A stretch of DNA of 64,000 nt from Oscillospiraceae bacterium (GTDB taxonomy: Bacteria > Bacillota > Clostridia > Oscillospirales > Ruminococcaceae), in NCBI GenBank assembly GCA_017550285.1, contig JAFZPP010000021.1, positions 21,874-85,873 of the forward strand, read 5' to 3'. The first letter of the stretch is position 1. The number at the start of each line of letters is the position of its first letter. Made by a program: the position numbers and the translations under genes. Under the pieces are notes generated by a model, which worked only from the letters and a program-made list of their open reading frames with translations, did not search any database and had not been told where the DNA came from. Below, piece by piece: positions 17,095 to 26,792 of this stretch.

Positions 17095-18195
17095 TCAGGC
17101 AAGCCAGAGCGTGAGGCATGTGCAAAAAAAGATCAGTCCGCCGACGGCGAAAAACCAGAGACATGCTGCCGGAACGCTTCTGCGGTAGAACATATGCGGA
17201 TGCTGCGGATTGATGCGCACAGGCGCTTCATCCAGATTTGCGTCATCACGCAGAAGTCTGTATTCTCTGTGAATATAATACTTTCCGTTCCATTCGTATT
17301 TCCAGTAGTGCGTATACGAAAAATTGCTTTTGTTTGTACGGTGTCGTCTTTCGGCATGCACATCCTGATGTTCGCAGGCTGCCGTCACAATCTCGGAACA
17401 GGTCAGCCGTCTGAACAGAATAAAGATCAGCGGAGCGAGCATCAGCACGCCGCCGGATAACAGGAGAATCATGTTTGTAAGTATATCACGGCTCCGGAAG
17501 GGCTGTGCTGCATTGATCAGACCGGGAATCAGAATGCCGGCAGCGGCAGCTGTGAGAATGCCCCATATCAGCGCCGCGTCATGCCGCCCGTCCGCTGCAA
17601 GACTGACCGTCAGCAGCAGGCATCCGAGAAATCCGGAAGAAATGCCGAGCAGAAAGGCTGTCTGACCGGTAAACACAGTCGGGAAGACCAGAATTGACGC
17701 AATCAGGAGCACAACACCGATGCCGCAGGAAATCAAAATCCATTTAGCCGGTGTGTGCGGTTCAAAGTTTGTGTCTTCCTCTGCGTATGCCGGTGTATAA
17801 TTTGTTTTGAAGGACCACATGTTTGCATTTGCGCCGTCCTTCTTTTCGCGCCGGAGCTTGTCAATCACGGCGCCGACGGTCGGGCATCCGATTGCCAGTA
17901 CCAGCCCGATCGGCATCAGGAGTTCGCTCATATCCGGCGCGCTGTCATTCAGAAACGCGCCGACGCAGAATATGAGAATGCCGAGAATCATGGAAACCGC
18001 AACGAAGATAAACAGCCATTTCGGACCGTCGAGCGTGTTCATTTTCAATCTGCCGTTGCGCAGCTCCGGATGCTCCAGCAGGAATGCGCGGAATGCTTCT
18101 TCCTCCTCGGGTGTCGGTTTGCGCTGCTTTTTCAGTCCCGGCGAATCGTATTCCAGCGGCACGGGGCTGTTCGGATTGTAATGCTTCTGTTCCAT
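17095..18195 (-). CDS. polytopic membrane protein with a DUF3592-like C-terminal region
   Basis: Multiple TM helices. The C-terminal ...YTHYWKYEWNGKYYIHREY...VRINPQHPH... followed by a TM segment resembles DUF3592. Confidence 0.65.
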   Translation of the reverse strand: MEQKHYNPNSPVPLEYDSPGLKKQRKPTPEEEEAFRAFLLEHPELRNGRLKMNTLDGPKWLFIFVAVSMILGILIFCVGAFLNDSAPDMSELLMPIGLVLAIGCPTVGAVIDKLRREKKDGANANMWSFKTNYTPAYAEEDTNFEPHTPAKWILISCGIGVVLLIASILVFPTVFTGQTAFLLGISSGFLGCLLLTVSLAADGRHDAALIWGILTAAAAGILIPGLINAAQPFRSRDILTNMILLLSGGVLMLAPLIFILFRRLTCSEIVTAACEHQDVHAERRHRTNKSNFSYTHYWKYEWNGKYYIHREYRLLRDDANLDEAPVRINPQHPHMFYRRSVPAACLWFFAVGGLIFFCTCLTLWLA

Positions 18196-18217
18196 GTTGT
18201 CCTCCTGTCCGGATGTC

Positions 18218-19249
18218 TTAAATCAATGCAGCTTCCAGACCGATCTTTCCGTTGATTGCAGGGGCGGCGCCGTCCCAGAGTACCTCATAGAGACGGAAGT
18301 CGAAGCGGAAGCTGCGCATATGTCTGACTGCGGAACTGAGCGGATGTGATGCATAGCCGCCCCAGATCAGCAGCGGGAATCCCGAGACCGCCGCGACGGA
18401 CCGCAGAAAGCGTCTGCACAGTGCCGGATCATTGTCCCGAACGTAGAGATAGGACACAACGCCGTGCCGGATTTCGCTGCCGGCAGACGGAATCTGCGGA
18501 TAGCCTGTCAGCTGAACCGGCAGCTTTGTGAGCTTATCGCAGGCGCCGTGATAGGCGCGGATTTTGTAGGATTTGGTCTGCTGCTGATCGCTGACAAAGC
18601 AGCAGGCGAGCAGCTCGCCGTTTCTGCGGTAGCCGAAGAAACGCCGTTTGCCGAAGCCTGCGTAATCCGGTTTGCAGGGCGTGAGCGCATACTGCGAATA
18701 GTACAGATGCATCAGCGTATCAAAGCCGTCTTTGCGCGATTGCAGCGGCAGCAGCTTTTTGTCGCCGCGGAAACAGTAGACGGTGTATTTCCCGAGATAC
18801 CGGTGCGCCGGAAGGCTGCGGTGCTGCTGCTCGAGTATGCCGATCAGGCGCGCATCGGATTCCGGTACGGCTGTATAGCAGCAGGCACAGTCCGAAAGCT
18901 GCGCTCCGAGCAGCGCATACATTTCTGCGGTCTGCCGGAAGGTGCTCTGATAGGCTTTGTGAATCCGGAGCCGCGGCAGATAGGCGCAGCGTGAGGGAAT
19001 GCCGCCGAGGTATTCGGTTCGCATGATTACGCCGCCGACTGCGGCAAGCCTGCCGATTTCCGCATCGTCTGCGGTGATGAGCCGGACGTCATCGCCGTCT
19101 GCGCTGTAGGAAGTCAGGGGAGATTCGCCGCGCAGCTGCTGTACGTCGATGCTGCCGCCGGTGCCGGAATGTGATAAGATACTGCGGATGCCGTCATTGT
19201 CCTGCGGAAGGGCGGGACGCAGGGTCAGTTTATTGGTTCGATTCTGCAT
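18218..19249 (-). CDS. hypothetical protein (possibly GNAT-like fold)
   Basis: 343-aa ORF with coding-like composition. No confident family assignment. Confidence 0.6.
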   Translation of the reverse strand: MQNRTNKLTLRPALPQDNDGIRSILSHSGTGGSIDVQQLRGESPLTSYSADGDDVRLITADDAEIGRLAAVGGVIMRTEYLGGIPSRCAYLPRLRIHKAYQSTFRQTAEMYALLGAQLSDCACCYTAVPESDARLIGILEQQHRSLPAHRYLGKYTVYCFRGDKKLLPLQSRKDGFDTLMHLYYSQYALTPCKPDYAGFGKRRFFGYRRNGELLACCFVSDQQQTKSYKIRAYHGACDKLTKLPVQLTGYPQIPSAGSEIRHGVVSYLYVRDNDPALCRRFLRSVAAVSGFPLLIWGGYASHPLSSAVRHMRSFRFDFRLYEVLWDGAAPAINGKIGLEAALI

Positions 19250-19339
19250 CGGAATTCACTCCAATCGGTACATGCATTCTGCTGCATATTATATCACATT
19301 ATGCCGCAAAAAGCAAGCTGAGAGAAGTATTTAGCTGAT

Positions 19340-19387
19340 CTGCCTGAGAACTTTAGATCAATGAAGGCGGGCACTGCCCGCCCGCAG
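19340..19387. repeat. GC-palindrome/GATCTAAAG dispersed repeat, copy B (inverted orientation)
   Basis: ...ctgagaactttagatcaatgaaggcgggcactgcccgcccgc, about 11-15 nt upstream of the prfA -35 box. Confidence 0.7.
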
Positions 19388-19397
19388 CAGAAACAGT

Positions 19398-19426
19398 TGC
19401 ATTTCCCGCCATTCTGTGGTATAATA
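19398..19426 (+). promoter_or_regulatory. prfA promoter
   Basis: TTGCAT, 17 nt spacer, TATAAT, with TGG as an extended -10. Confidence 0.55.
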
Positions 19427-19460
19427 AATATGTATGTGTCCGAATGAAAGGATGAAACAG

Positions 19461-20540
19461 ATGCAGTTTGAAGAACAGCTCCGGATCGCGGAGCAGAAAT
19501 ATGACGAACTGACGGAGCGGCTTCAGGACGGCAGCATTGCAGCGGACCCGTCCAAGCTCGCAGCACTGATGAAGGAATACAAGCAGCTGACGCCGGTGAT
19601 CGAGGCGTACCGCAGCTATTCTGCATGCAAAAATACGATTGACGGGCTGGATACACTGCTTGCCGATCCGGAATCCGATGCCGAATTCCGCGCCATGGCA
19701 CAGGAGGAGCGGCTCACGGAAACCGCAAGGCTCGCAGAACTGAAAACAGAGATCGAGCGCCTGCTGATGCCGGAGAATGAAGCCGACAGCCGCAATGTGA
19801 TCGTCGAGATCCGCAGCGGCGCGGGCGGTGAGGAGGCAGCGCTTTTCGCACATTCCCTGCACCGCATGTATTCGATGTATGCGGAACGGCAGGGCTGGCA
19901 GCAGACTGTCATGAACCTCAGCCAGACCGAACTCGGCGGCACGAAGGAAGTAACCTTCTCGCTCTCGGGCGACCATGTCTATGCGAAGATGAAATTCGAG
20001 AGCGGCGTACACCGCGTACAGCGCGTGCCGGAAACGGAATCGCAGGGCAGAGTGCACACCTCAACGGTGACAGTTGCCGTTTTGCAGGAGGTCGAGGATG
20101 TCGAGCTCGAGCTCAATCCGAACGATCTGCGCATCGACGTATTCCGGTCAAGCGGCGCGGGCGGTCAGCATATCAACAAAACATCGTCGGCAATCCGCGT
20201 CACGCATATCCCGACCGGCATGGTCGTCGAATGTCAGGATGAGCGTTCGCAGTATAAAAACAAGGACAGAGCACTTGCCGTGCTGCGTGCAAGGCTCTTT
20301 GCCAAAGCACAGGCAGAGCAGGATGCACAGGTCGCCGCGGAGCGCAGAGGACAGGTCGGCACCGGCGACCGCTCCGAGAAAATCCGGACCTATAATTTTC
20401 CGCAGTCGCGCCTGACCGATCACCGCATCGGCTTTTCGCTTTACCGGCTCGAGGACGTCATGAACGGCGATCTCGATGCGGTATTTGATGCGCTGATGCA
20501 GGCGGAGCAGGCTGAAAAGCTGAGTGAGAGACATGGGTAA
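19461..20540 (+). CDS. prfA: peptide chain release factor 1
   Basis: GGQ motif (SGAGGQHINKT) and RVPETESQGRVHTS (RF1-type PxT region). The start was chosen at the ATG 8 nt after AAAGGA. ATG 19452 and 19434 are alternatives. Confidence 0.93.
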   Translation: MQFEEQLRIAEQKYDELTERLQDGSIAADPSKLAALMKEYKQLTPVIEAYRSYSACKNTIDGLDTLLADPESDAEFRAMAQEERLTETARLAELKTEIERLLMPENEADSRNVIVEIRSGAGGEEAALFAHSLHRMYSMYAERQGWQQTVMNLSQTELGGTKEVTFSLSGDHVYAKMKFESGVHRVQRVPETESQGRVHTSTVTVAVLQEVEDVELELNPNDLRIDVFRSSGAGGQHINKTSSAIRVTHIPTGMVVECQDERSQYKNKDRALAVLRARLFAKAQAEQDAQVAAERRGQVGTGDRSEKIRTYNFPQSRLTDHRIGFSLYRLEDVMNGDLDAVFDALMQAEQAEKLSERHG

Positions 20541-21090
20541 GCAGATCAATTATTATATGGAATATGCATGCTTTTTGCGGCTTGCAGAGAAAGCACTCGA
20601 GCTCGGCTGCGAGATCATTCGCAATGAACATGCTGCCGAAATCAGCCGCGGCTTTTCTGCGGATATTGTCACGCCGGATTGCATACATTATTATTTCTAT
20701 GTGCCGGACGCAGGAGAACTGACATTCGGTACAGATATGTACGGCAAGCGGTATGTGCAGAGCTATGCTTCCGCAGGCGGAAATGCGCTGATTGAAGCAG
20801 GTTTCTCCTGTATTTCGGATGCGGAAAAGCGCATCAGCAGAGCCAGACTCTACTGCACGACGGGATATTACGATGCGGACAAGGTATTTGTGCCCCGACC
20901 GGACAATACAGCGAAGATTTACAATACGCTTGCAAGATATGCCAAGAAACTTGCGCCTTTTACGGAACTGACAGATACCCGCATCAGTATGCAGGACGAG
21001 ACCTATTTGCAGGAAATCGAGTATATTCACAAAGAATATATCACGCCGCACTGCCTGCATCTGCGAAATGAGGCATATGCGCTGCGATGA
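20533..21090 (+). CDS. hypothetical protein
   Basis: 185-aa ORF that overlaps the prfA stop and is coupled to the next gene by ATGA overlap. No family recognised. Confidence 0.6.
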   Translation: MGKQINYYMEYACFLRLAEKALELGCEIIRNEHAAEISRGFSADIVTPDCIHYYFYVPDAGELTFGTDMYGKRYVQSYASAGGNALIEAGFSCISDAEKRISRARLYCTTGYYDADKVFVPRPDNTAKIYNTLARYAKKLAPFTELTDTRISMQDETYLQEIEYIHKEYITPHCLHLRNEAYALR

Positions 21091-22334
21091 ATACAAATGA
21101 TAACGATATTGCCGTATGTGAAGAATGCGGCAGCCGGTTCCGGCGCGGCACTTCCCGAATGAAGGCACTTTGTCCGGAATGCGCATCGGTGCTGTACGGT
21201 TATGAAAACTGCTGCCATGTGTTCCGGAACGGCGTATGTACCAAATGCCTGTGGGACGGGAGCAGAAGTGCATATATCAGATCACTTTCTGCGAAAGACG
21301 AGAGGAATGAACAATCATTGAAAACCAAGCTGTTACATGAAAATGATATCGAAGAAGCCGCGGCGCTGATCCGGCAGGGCGAGCCGGTCGGCATGCCGAC
21401 GGAAACGGTCTACGGGCTTGCCTGCGACGCAGGAAATCCGGATGCCGTGCGCAAAGTGTTTGCGGCGAAGGGCAGACCTGCGGACAATCCGCTGATCGTG
21501 CATATTGCAGATATCGCGGACTGGGCGCCGCTCGTGCAGGAGATTCCCCCGCTGGCGGCAAAGCTCGCAGAAAAATTCTGGCCCGGACCGCTGACGATCA
21601 TCCTGCCGCGCACGGAGCGGATTCCTTCCGTGACGGCAGGCGGGCTTGATTCGGTCGGCGTGCGGTTTCCGGCGCATCCGGTCGCGCAGGCACTGATCAA
21701 AGCATCCGGCGTACCGATCGCAGCCCCCTCGGGCAACCGTTCAGGCAGCCCGAGCCCGACGACCTCTGCGCATATGATGCAGGATATGGACGGGCGGATT
21801 CCGGCGGTCTTGGAAGGCGGAATCTGTCTCTGCGGCGTGGAATCGACGGTCATCGTGCTGGATGATGCAGAGACTGTCCGCGTGCTGCGGCCGGGCTTTG
21901 TGACGCCGGAACAGCTGCAAACGGCTGCAAAGCGCGTGATTGTCGATGATGCGGTTCTTGCGCAGATTTCACCGGATACGGTTGTCCGCTCGCCGGGCAT
22001 GAAATATAAGCACTACGCGCCGAATGCGCAGGTCACGCTTGTGCAGGGTGACCGCGATGCATTTCTGCGGTATATGGAGCCGCGGATTGCCGAAGGCGTC
22101 TGCGCACTGGTATTTGACGCGGATGCGGAAGCCTGTGCGGCATGCGGCATCCCCTGCAAGACCTACGGCGATACCGACGAAGCACGCGCGGCGGCATTTT
22201 TTGCGGCACTGCGCGATGCGGACGCAGCGCATATCACGCATCTCTATGTCCGCGCGCCCCGTACAGACGGCGTCGGGCTCGCGGTCTATAACCGGCTGAT
22301 CCGCGCTGCCGGCTACGATGTCGAACAGGCATAA
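21087..22334 (+). CDS. L-threonylcarbamoyladenylate synthase (Sua5/TsaC type) with an N-terminal Cys-rich extension
   Basis: The core motifs (GMPTETVYGLACDA, KGRPADNPLIVHI) and a Sua5 C-terminal domain are present. The first ~75 aa contain CEEC...CPEC...C..C motifs. Confidence 0.88.
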   Translation: MNTNDNDIAVCEECGSRFRRGTSRMKALCPECASVLYGYENCCHVFRNGVCTKCLWDGSRSAYIRSLSAKDERNEQSLKTKLLHENDIEEAAALIRQGEPVGMPTETVYGLACDAGNPDAVRKVFAAKGRPADNPLIVHIADIADWAPLVQEIPPLAAKLAEKFWPGPLTIILPRTERIPSVTAGGLDSVGVRFPAHPVAQALIKASGVPIAAPSGNRSGSPSPTTSAHMMQDMDGRIPAVLEGGICLCGVESTVIVLDDAETVRVLRPGFVTPEQLQTAAKRVIVDDAVLAQISPDTVVRSPGMKYKHYAPNAQVTLVQGDRDAFLRYMEPRIAEGVCALVFDADAEACAACGIPCKTYGDTDEARAAAFFAALRDADAAHITHLYVRAPRTDGVGLAVYNRLIRAAGYDVEQA

Positions 22335-23140
22335 AAATGCAGCGGAACCCGACATAAGCCGCCGGATTCCGCTGCATGGCAAAGTATGAATAGGGATTGA
22401 GTCATGCTGCGGTGCACGGACCCCGTGCAAACGTGCAGCCGTGCACCGCAGGGAACTATGAAATGCCGCCAGGGGGGAGGAGCGGCGTATTTTGCGTAGT
22501 TTAAGGTTCTGACAGATTCGTTACCGCGGCGTAATATGCGCCGGCAGCCGCCTGTCTTTCTGATCTGTAAGTGATTGATTTACGAATTCGGTTGATGTCA
22601 GGGCAGCCGCAATGCAGCCGCGCGGAGCGGATTTTGCACTGTCCGGTTTGCCGATGACATAATTTTCTGCCTGTGTTGTGCCGTATGCCTGCACAGCGGC
22701 AAGAATCCCCTGGTTTTCATCCGGCTTCGGGTCAGCGGCATTTTAAGTCAAGGGATTCCGGCCGTTCTGCTTCTTCTTGGCATTCATGGCATTCATGGTT
22801 GCATAAGGTTTCATTCGCTCCTGCGGCAGCCGGAACAGTACGGAAATTCCCTGCTGCTTGTCCCGCAGATCGCTCCTTCTATTCTGTCAGTCAGCATGAT
22901 GTCGGGGTTTGGGGGGTGAGAACGAAAACGGTGCGCCGCGGATGACACGTTTCCGCGCCGCTGTAATGGAAACAATCGGCGGCGGGAAATGTCTCAAAAA
23001 ATTTTTCAAATCAGTGATATGCACAAGAAACAGCACGGCGTTTTGTGCACTGTGACGATTTTTTCGGAGCAGTGGGACAATGCCGCATATAAATTGTTAC
23101 ACTTTATAAGGGTGAAACGGGAACGGAAGGAAGTGGAAGG

Positions 23141-23620
23141 ATGCAGGATGAAGCGTTTACTTCGCTTTACCGAAAGTATGCTAATTTTGTATACAGCATT
23201 GCGCTTTCCTATATGAAAAATCCGGCGGATGCGGAGGATGTCACTGCGGATGTCTTTGTCCGGCTGCTGGAAACAGATATCAGTTTTCCGGATGAAACAC
23301 ATGCACGCGCATGGCTTGCGACCGTTGTGCGGAACCGCTGCAAGAATCTGCTGCGGCACTGGCTGCGCAGAAAGCGTGAGGCGGAGGAGGTCATGGAGCA
23401 GATTCCGGTCAGCGACCGTGCCGCCGATGTACAGCAGGTCATGCAGGCACTGCTTGCACTGCCGGAGAAATACCGTCTGCCGCTGCTGCTCTTTGCGGTC
23501 GAGGGATATTCCGTCAGGGAAACCGCTGATATTCTGCATTTGAATGACAGTACCGTCCGGACGCGAATCGCCCGGGCGCGTGAAATGATCCGGAAGGAAA
23601 CGGGGGTGGATAACGCATGA
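23141..23620 (+). CDS. ECF-type RNA polymerase sigma-70 family factor
   Basis: Region 2 (...AEDVTADVFVRL...AWLATVVRNRCKNLLR) and region 4 HTH (...GYSVRETADILHLNDSTVRTRIARAREMI). Confidence 0.9.
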   Translation: MQDEAFTSLYRKYANFVYSIALSYMKNPADAEDVTADVFVRLLETDISFPDETHARAWLATVVRNRCKNLLRHWLRRKREAEEVMEQIPVSDRAADVQQVMQALLALPEKYRLPLLLFAVEGYSVRETADILHLNDSTVRTRIARAREMIRKETGVDNA

Positions 23621-24681
23621 AGCAGCAAGAACAACATGATACAGGGCTGTACCGGCAGCTGCACGGTGCATTTGATATGACGCCGGAACAGATGCAGCGC
23701 GTCCGTGAGGAGATTCAGCAGCGTGCTGCGGCGCAGGATTCCGCTCTGCCGGCAGCCGGACGGATCAATCTGAAAGAGGTCCGGCGGTTCAGTCTGCGCA
23801 CGGCGCTCTCGGCGGCATGTCTCCTGCTGATCGCAGGCGGCGGAATCCGGCTGTACCGCGGCGTAACGGATAATCCGATGACGCAGCAGAGCAGTGTGCT
23901 CATAGAAGAACAGCTGACGCCGCCGGCGGAAACAGTTACCGGAATCACCGTCACTGCTGCGAAGGGCACAACAACTGTACCGGAGACAACCCGTACAGCT
24001 TCATCCGTACAGCAGACAACGACTGCCGGAACGACTGCAACAACCGCCTTGCAGACTGCCGCTGATACCACGCAGTCCGCAGAAATGACCGAGCAGACAA
24101 CAACCGAAGAGACCGTTACCGCAACGGAAACGGCGGAGCAGACCACAACAACCCCGCCGACCACCACAACAGTCACAACAACGACCGCGGAGACGACGAC
24201 AACAACAACCGAGCCGGACAATACGTTTGAGATTGCGGAAACACCGGAACAGGCAAATATTGTGGTCGCTGATCTCACCTGTACCGCCGGCGGAACCGTG
24301 ACCGTGGATGTTGTACTGACAGAGGATCTGAACGTCGCAGGTTTCCAGTGCAATCTGCTGCTGAACTGTCCTGATGACGCGCCGGCACCGACGCTGCTCC
24401 GGCGCAGCACGGAAATCGTGCAGATGACCGGCGAGCATGTGATCTGGAATACGCCGTTCCCGGCAGTCAATCCGGAGGCGATTCTGGTATTCGGCGGCGA
24501 AAATGAAGTGCATCTTCCGGCAGGAATCAAGCTGCTCACGCTCGAGTATCAGATTCCGGAGGACGCCGCATCCGGTACGGTATACCGCTTCTCAAGCGAC
24601 AGTCTCCTGCTCTTTGCGGCGAAGGATTCCCATTCCGCACTCGCTGCAAGGATGTATCCCGGCAGCATCACCGTCGGATAA
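23617..24681 (+). CDS. putative anti-sigma factor: short cytoplasmic N-terminus, one TM helix, Thr-rich linker, C-terminal cohesin-like module
   Basis: ATGA overlap with the sigma gene. TM segment ALSAACLLLIAGGGI. About 100 aa of T-rich linker. The last ~150 aa (IVVADLTCTAGGTVTVDVVL..VAGFQCNLLL...LLTLEYQIPEDAASGTVYRF...GSITVG) follow the cohesin pattern. Confidence 0.75.
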   Translation: MKQQEQHDTGLYRQLHGAFDMTPEQMQRVREEIQQRAAAQDSALPAAGRINLKEVRRFSLRTALSAACLLLIAGGGIRLYRGVTDNPMTQQSSVLIEEQLTPPAETVTGITVTAAKGTTTVPETTRTASSVQQTTTAGTTATTALQTAADTTQSAEMTEQTTTEETVTATETAEQTTTTPPTTTTVTTTTAETTTTTTEPDNTFEIAETPEQANIVVADLTCTAGGTVTVDVVLTEDLNVAGFQCNLLLNCPDDAPAPTLLRRSTEIVQMTGEHVIWNTPFPAVNPEAILVFGGENEVHLPAGIKLLTLEYQIPEDAASGTVYRFSSDSLLLFAAKDSHSALAARMYPGSITVG

Positions 24682-24706
24682 AATCGCAGAAAATACAAAA
24701 TAGCCC

Positions 24707-24735
24707 TTGACTTTCGGCTGAAAGTATAGTATACT
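24707..24735 (+). promoter_or_regulatory. promoter about 300 nt upstream of rny
   Basis: TTGACT, 17 nt spacer, TATACT. Confidence 0.45.
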
Positions 24736-25036
24736 AAGATTGTGTATTATGCATTGCACCGGAAGTCAGGGCTGTTTCTGTTTCAGCCGGTGCTTCCGAT
24801 GGTGTTTTGCGGCAGATGCCGCTGCTGATCTTTTTTTGAACGCCTGTCGTGCTGCGCTCTGAGCTGCCGGCAGGTTTATGATATGGGTACCCGATGCGCA
24901 GAAATATATACATGCCGTCCGCCGGTGCCCTGTATGATAAGCATAAAACTGAATCATCCAACGGCGTGTTTCCTGCCGCAGAATCAAATGATAAATACAG
25001 AATATCAATTTGAGAATGTTAGGAGGAAAGCACAGT

Positions 25037-26725
25037 ATGACACTTAGTACCCTCATGCTGGTTGCGGCGCTGAATCCGGGGGTTGCCGTTCTGCTGATTA
25101 TTGTCGCACTGGTTGCCGGTGCGGCTGCCGGTTTCTTTATCGGTTCATCCAAAGCGAAGCAGGATGTCAATGCACAGATCGAAAAGGCAGAATCCCGCGG
25201 TGTCCAGAAGGGCATTGAGCAGCGCAAGCGTGATGCAGAGGCTGCAATCGGGAGTGCCGAGAAAGAAGCTGAGCGGATCCGGAGTTCCGCTGCCAAGGAG
25301 GCGGAGGACCGCAAAAAGGCTGCGCTCGTTGAGGCAAAGGATGAGATTTTCAAGCTGCGTACCGATGCAGAAAAGGAAATCAAGGACCGCAGAGCCGATA
25401 TGAGCCGCCAGGAGCGCAGAATCCAGCAAAAGGAAGAGAATCTCGACAAAAAAACAGAGCACTTTGAACGCAAGGAGGAACAGCTCCAGAATAAGATTCA
25501 TCAGGCTGAGGAGCGCCTTGCGGAAGCAGAGCAGATCAAGAAGGCAGGCAGCGAGGAGATCGAACGTCTCAAGCGCAGCGAAATTGATATGCTCGAGCGC
25601 ATTTCCGAGTTCACCAAGGAGCAGGCTAAGGATTACCTGCTCGAGCAGCTCGACCAGAATCTCGTGCATGAAAAGGCTGTGAAGATTGCTGCCTATGACC
25701 AGCAGATCAAGACCACCTGCGAGGACATTGCCAGAAGCCATATCTCCATGGCAATCGCAAAATGTGCCGCAGAACAGGTTTCCGAGGTCGCAGTTTCGGT
25801 CGTTCCGCTGCCGAATGACGAGATGAAGGGCAGAATCATCGGACGCGAGGGCAGAAATATCCGCTCCATCGAGTCCCTGACCGGCGTCGATCTGATTATC
25901 GACGATACGCCGGAGGCAATTACCCTTTCGTGCTTCGATCCGGTTCGCCGCGAGGTCGCCAGAATCGCACTGGAAAAGCTCATCGTGGACGGCAGAATCC
26001 ATCCGGCGAGCATCGAGGAGAAGGTTGACAAGGCACGCAGAGAGGTCGAAAAGCGCATCAAGCAGGAGGGCGAACGCGCCGTCCTGGAAACCAATGTCCA
26101 CGGTCTCAATCCCGAGCTGATCCGTCTGCTCGGCAGACTGACCTTCCGTACCAGCTACCGTCAGAACGTGCTGAACCACAGCATTGAGGTCGCAACGCTG
26201 TCGGGTATCCTTGCATCGGAGCTCGGCGTCGATGCCAATATGGCAAGACGCGCAGGTCTGCTGCATGATATCGGCAAGGCGCTGACCGCTGAGATCGAGG
26301 GTTCGCATGTCGCAATCGGTGTGGACGTCTGCCGCAAGTACAAGGAACCGGCAGAGGTCATCCATGCAGTCGAGGCGCATCATAACGATGTCGAGCCGAA
26401 GACCGCAATCGCATGCATCGTGCAGGCTGCCGATGCAATCTCCGCCGCAAGACCCGGCGCACGCAGCGAGAATCTGGAAAGCTACATCAAGCGTCTCCAG
26501 AAGCTCGAGGAAATCTGCATGTCCTATGAGGGCGTCGAAAAGTGCTACGCCATGCAGGCAGGCAGAGAGGTTCGCATCATGGTCAAGCCGGAGGTCATTG
26601 ACGATGAGCGCATGATTCTCGTTGCAAGAGAAATCGCGCAGCAGATCGAAAATGACATGGAATATCCGGGTCAGATCAAGGTCAATCTCATCCGTGAGAG
26701 CCGCGCGGTCGATGTGGCAAAATAA
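25037..26725 (+). CDS. rny: ribonuclease Y
   Basis: RBS AGGAGGA. N-terminal TM segment, coiled-coil, KH domain ([15 protein letters not shown]) and HD domain (LLHDIGK). The start was trimmed from 25010. Confidence 0.95.
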   Translation: MTLSTLMLVAALNPGVAVLLIIVALVAGAAAGFFIGSSKAKQDVNAQIEKAESRGVQKGIEQRKRDAEAAIGSAEKEAERIRSSAAKEAEDRKKAALVEAKDEIFKLRTDAEKEIKDRRADMSRQERRIQQKEENLDKKTEHFERKEEQLQNKIHQAEERLAEAEQIKKAGSEEIERLKRSEIDMLERISEFTKEQAKDYLLEQLDQNLVHEKAVKIAAYDQQIKTTCEDIARSHISMAIAKCAAEQVSEVAVSVVPLPNDEMKGRIIGREGRNIRSIESLTGVDLIIDDTPEAITLSCFDPVRREVARIALEKLIVDGRIHPASIEEKVDKARREVEKRIKQEGERAVLETNVHGLNPELIRLLGRLTFRTSYRQNVLNHSIEVATLSGILASELGVDANMARRAGLLHDIGKALTAEIEGSHVAIGVDVCRKYKEPAEVIHAVEAHHNDVEPKTAIACIVQAADAISAARPGARSENLESYIKRLQKLEEICMSYEGVEKCYAMQAGREVRIMVKPEVIDDERMILVAREIAQQIENDMEYPGQIKVNLIRESRAVDVAK

Positions 26726-26792
26726 CGCAGTCAAATTTCAATGCGCATGATTCTTTTCCGGATCATGCGCATTGCTGTAAAAGAGTGGTAAT

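Noticed and set aside
25145-26734. 529-aa ORF on the minus strand, covering almost the whole rny locus.
   Set aside because: It is an antisense shadow ORF of a highly conserved gene in GC-rich DNA. It has no RBS, its composition is Leu/Arg/Cys/Asp-rich low complexity, and I recognise no family. RNase Y on the + strand explains the open frame.
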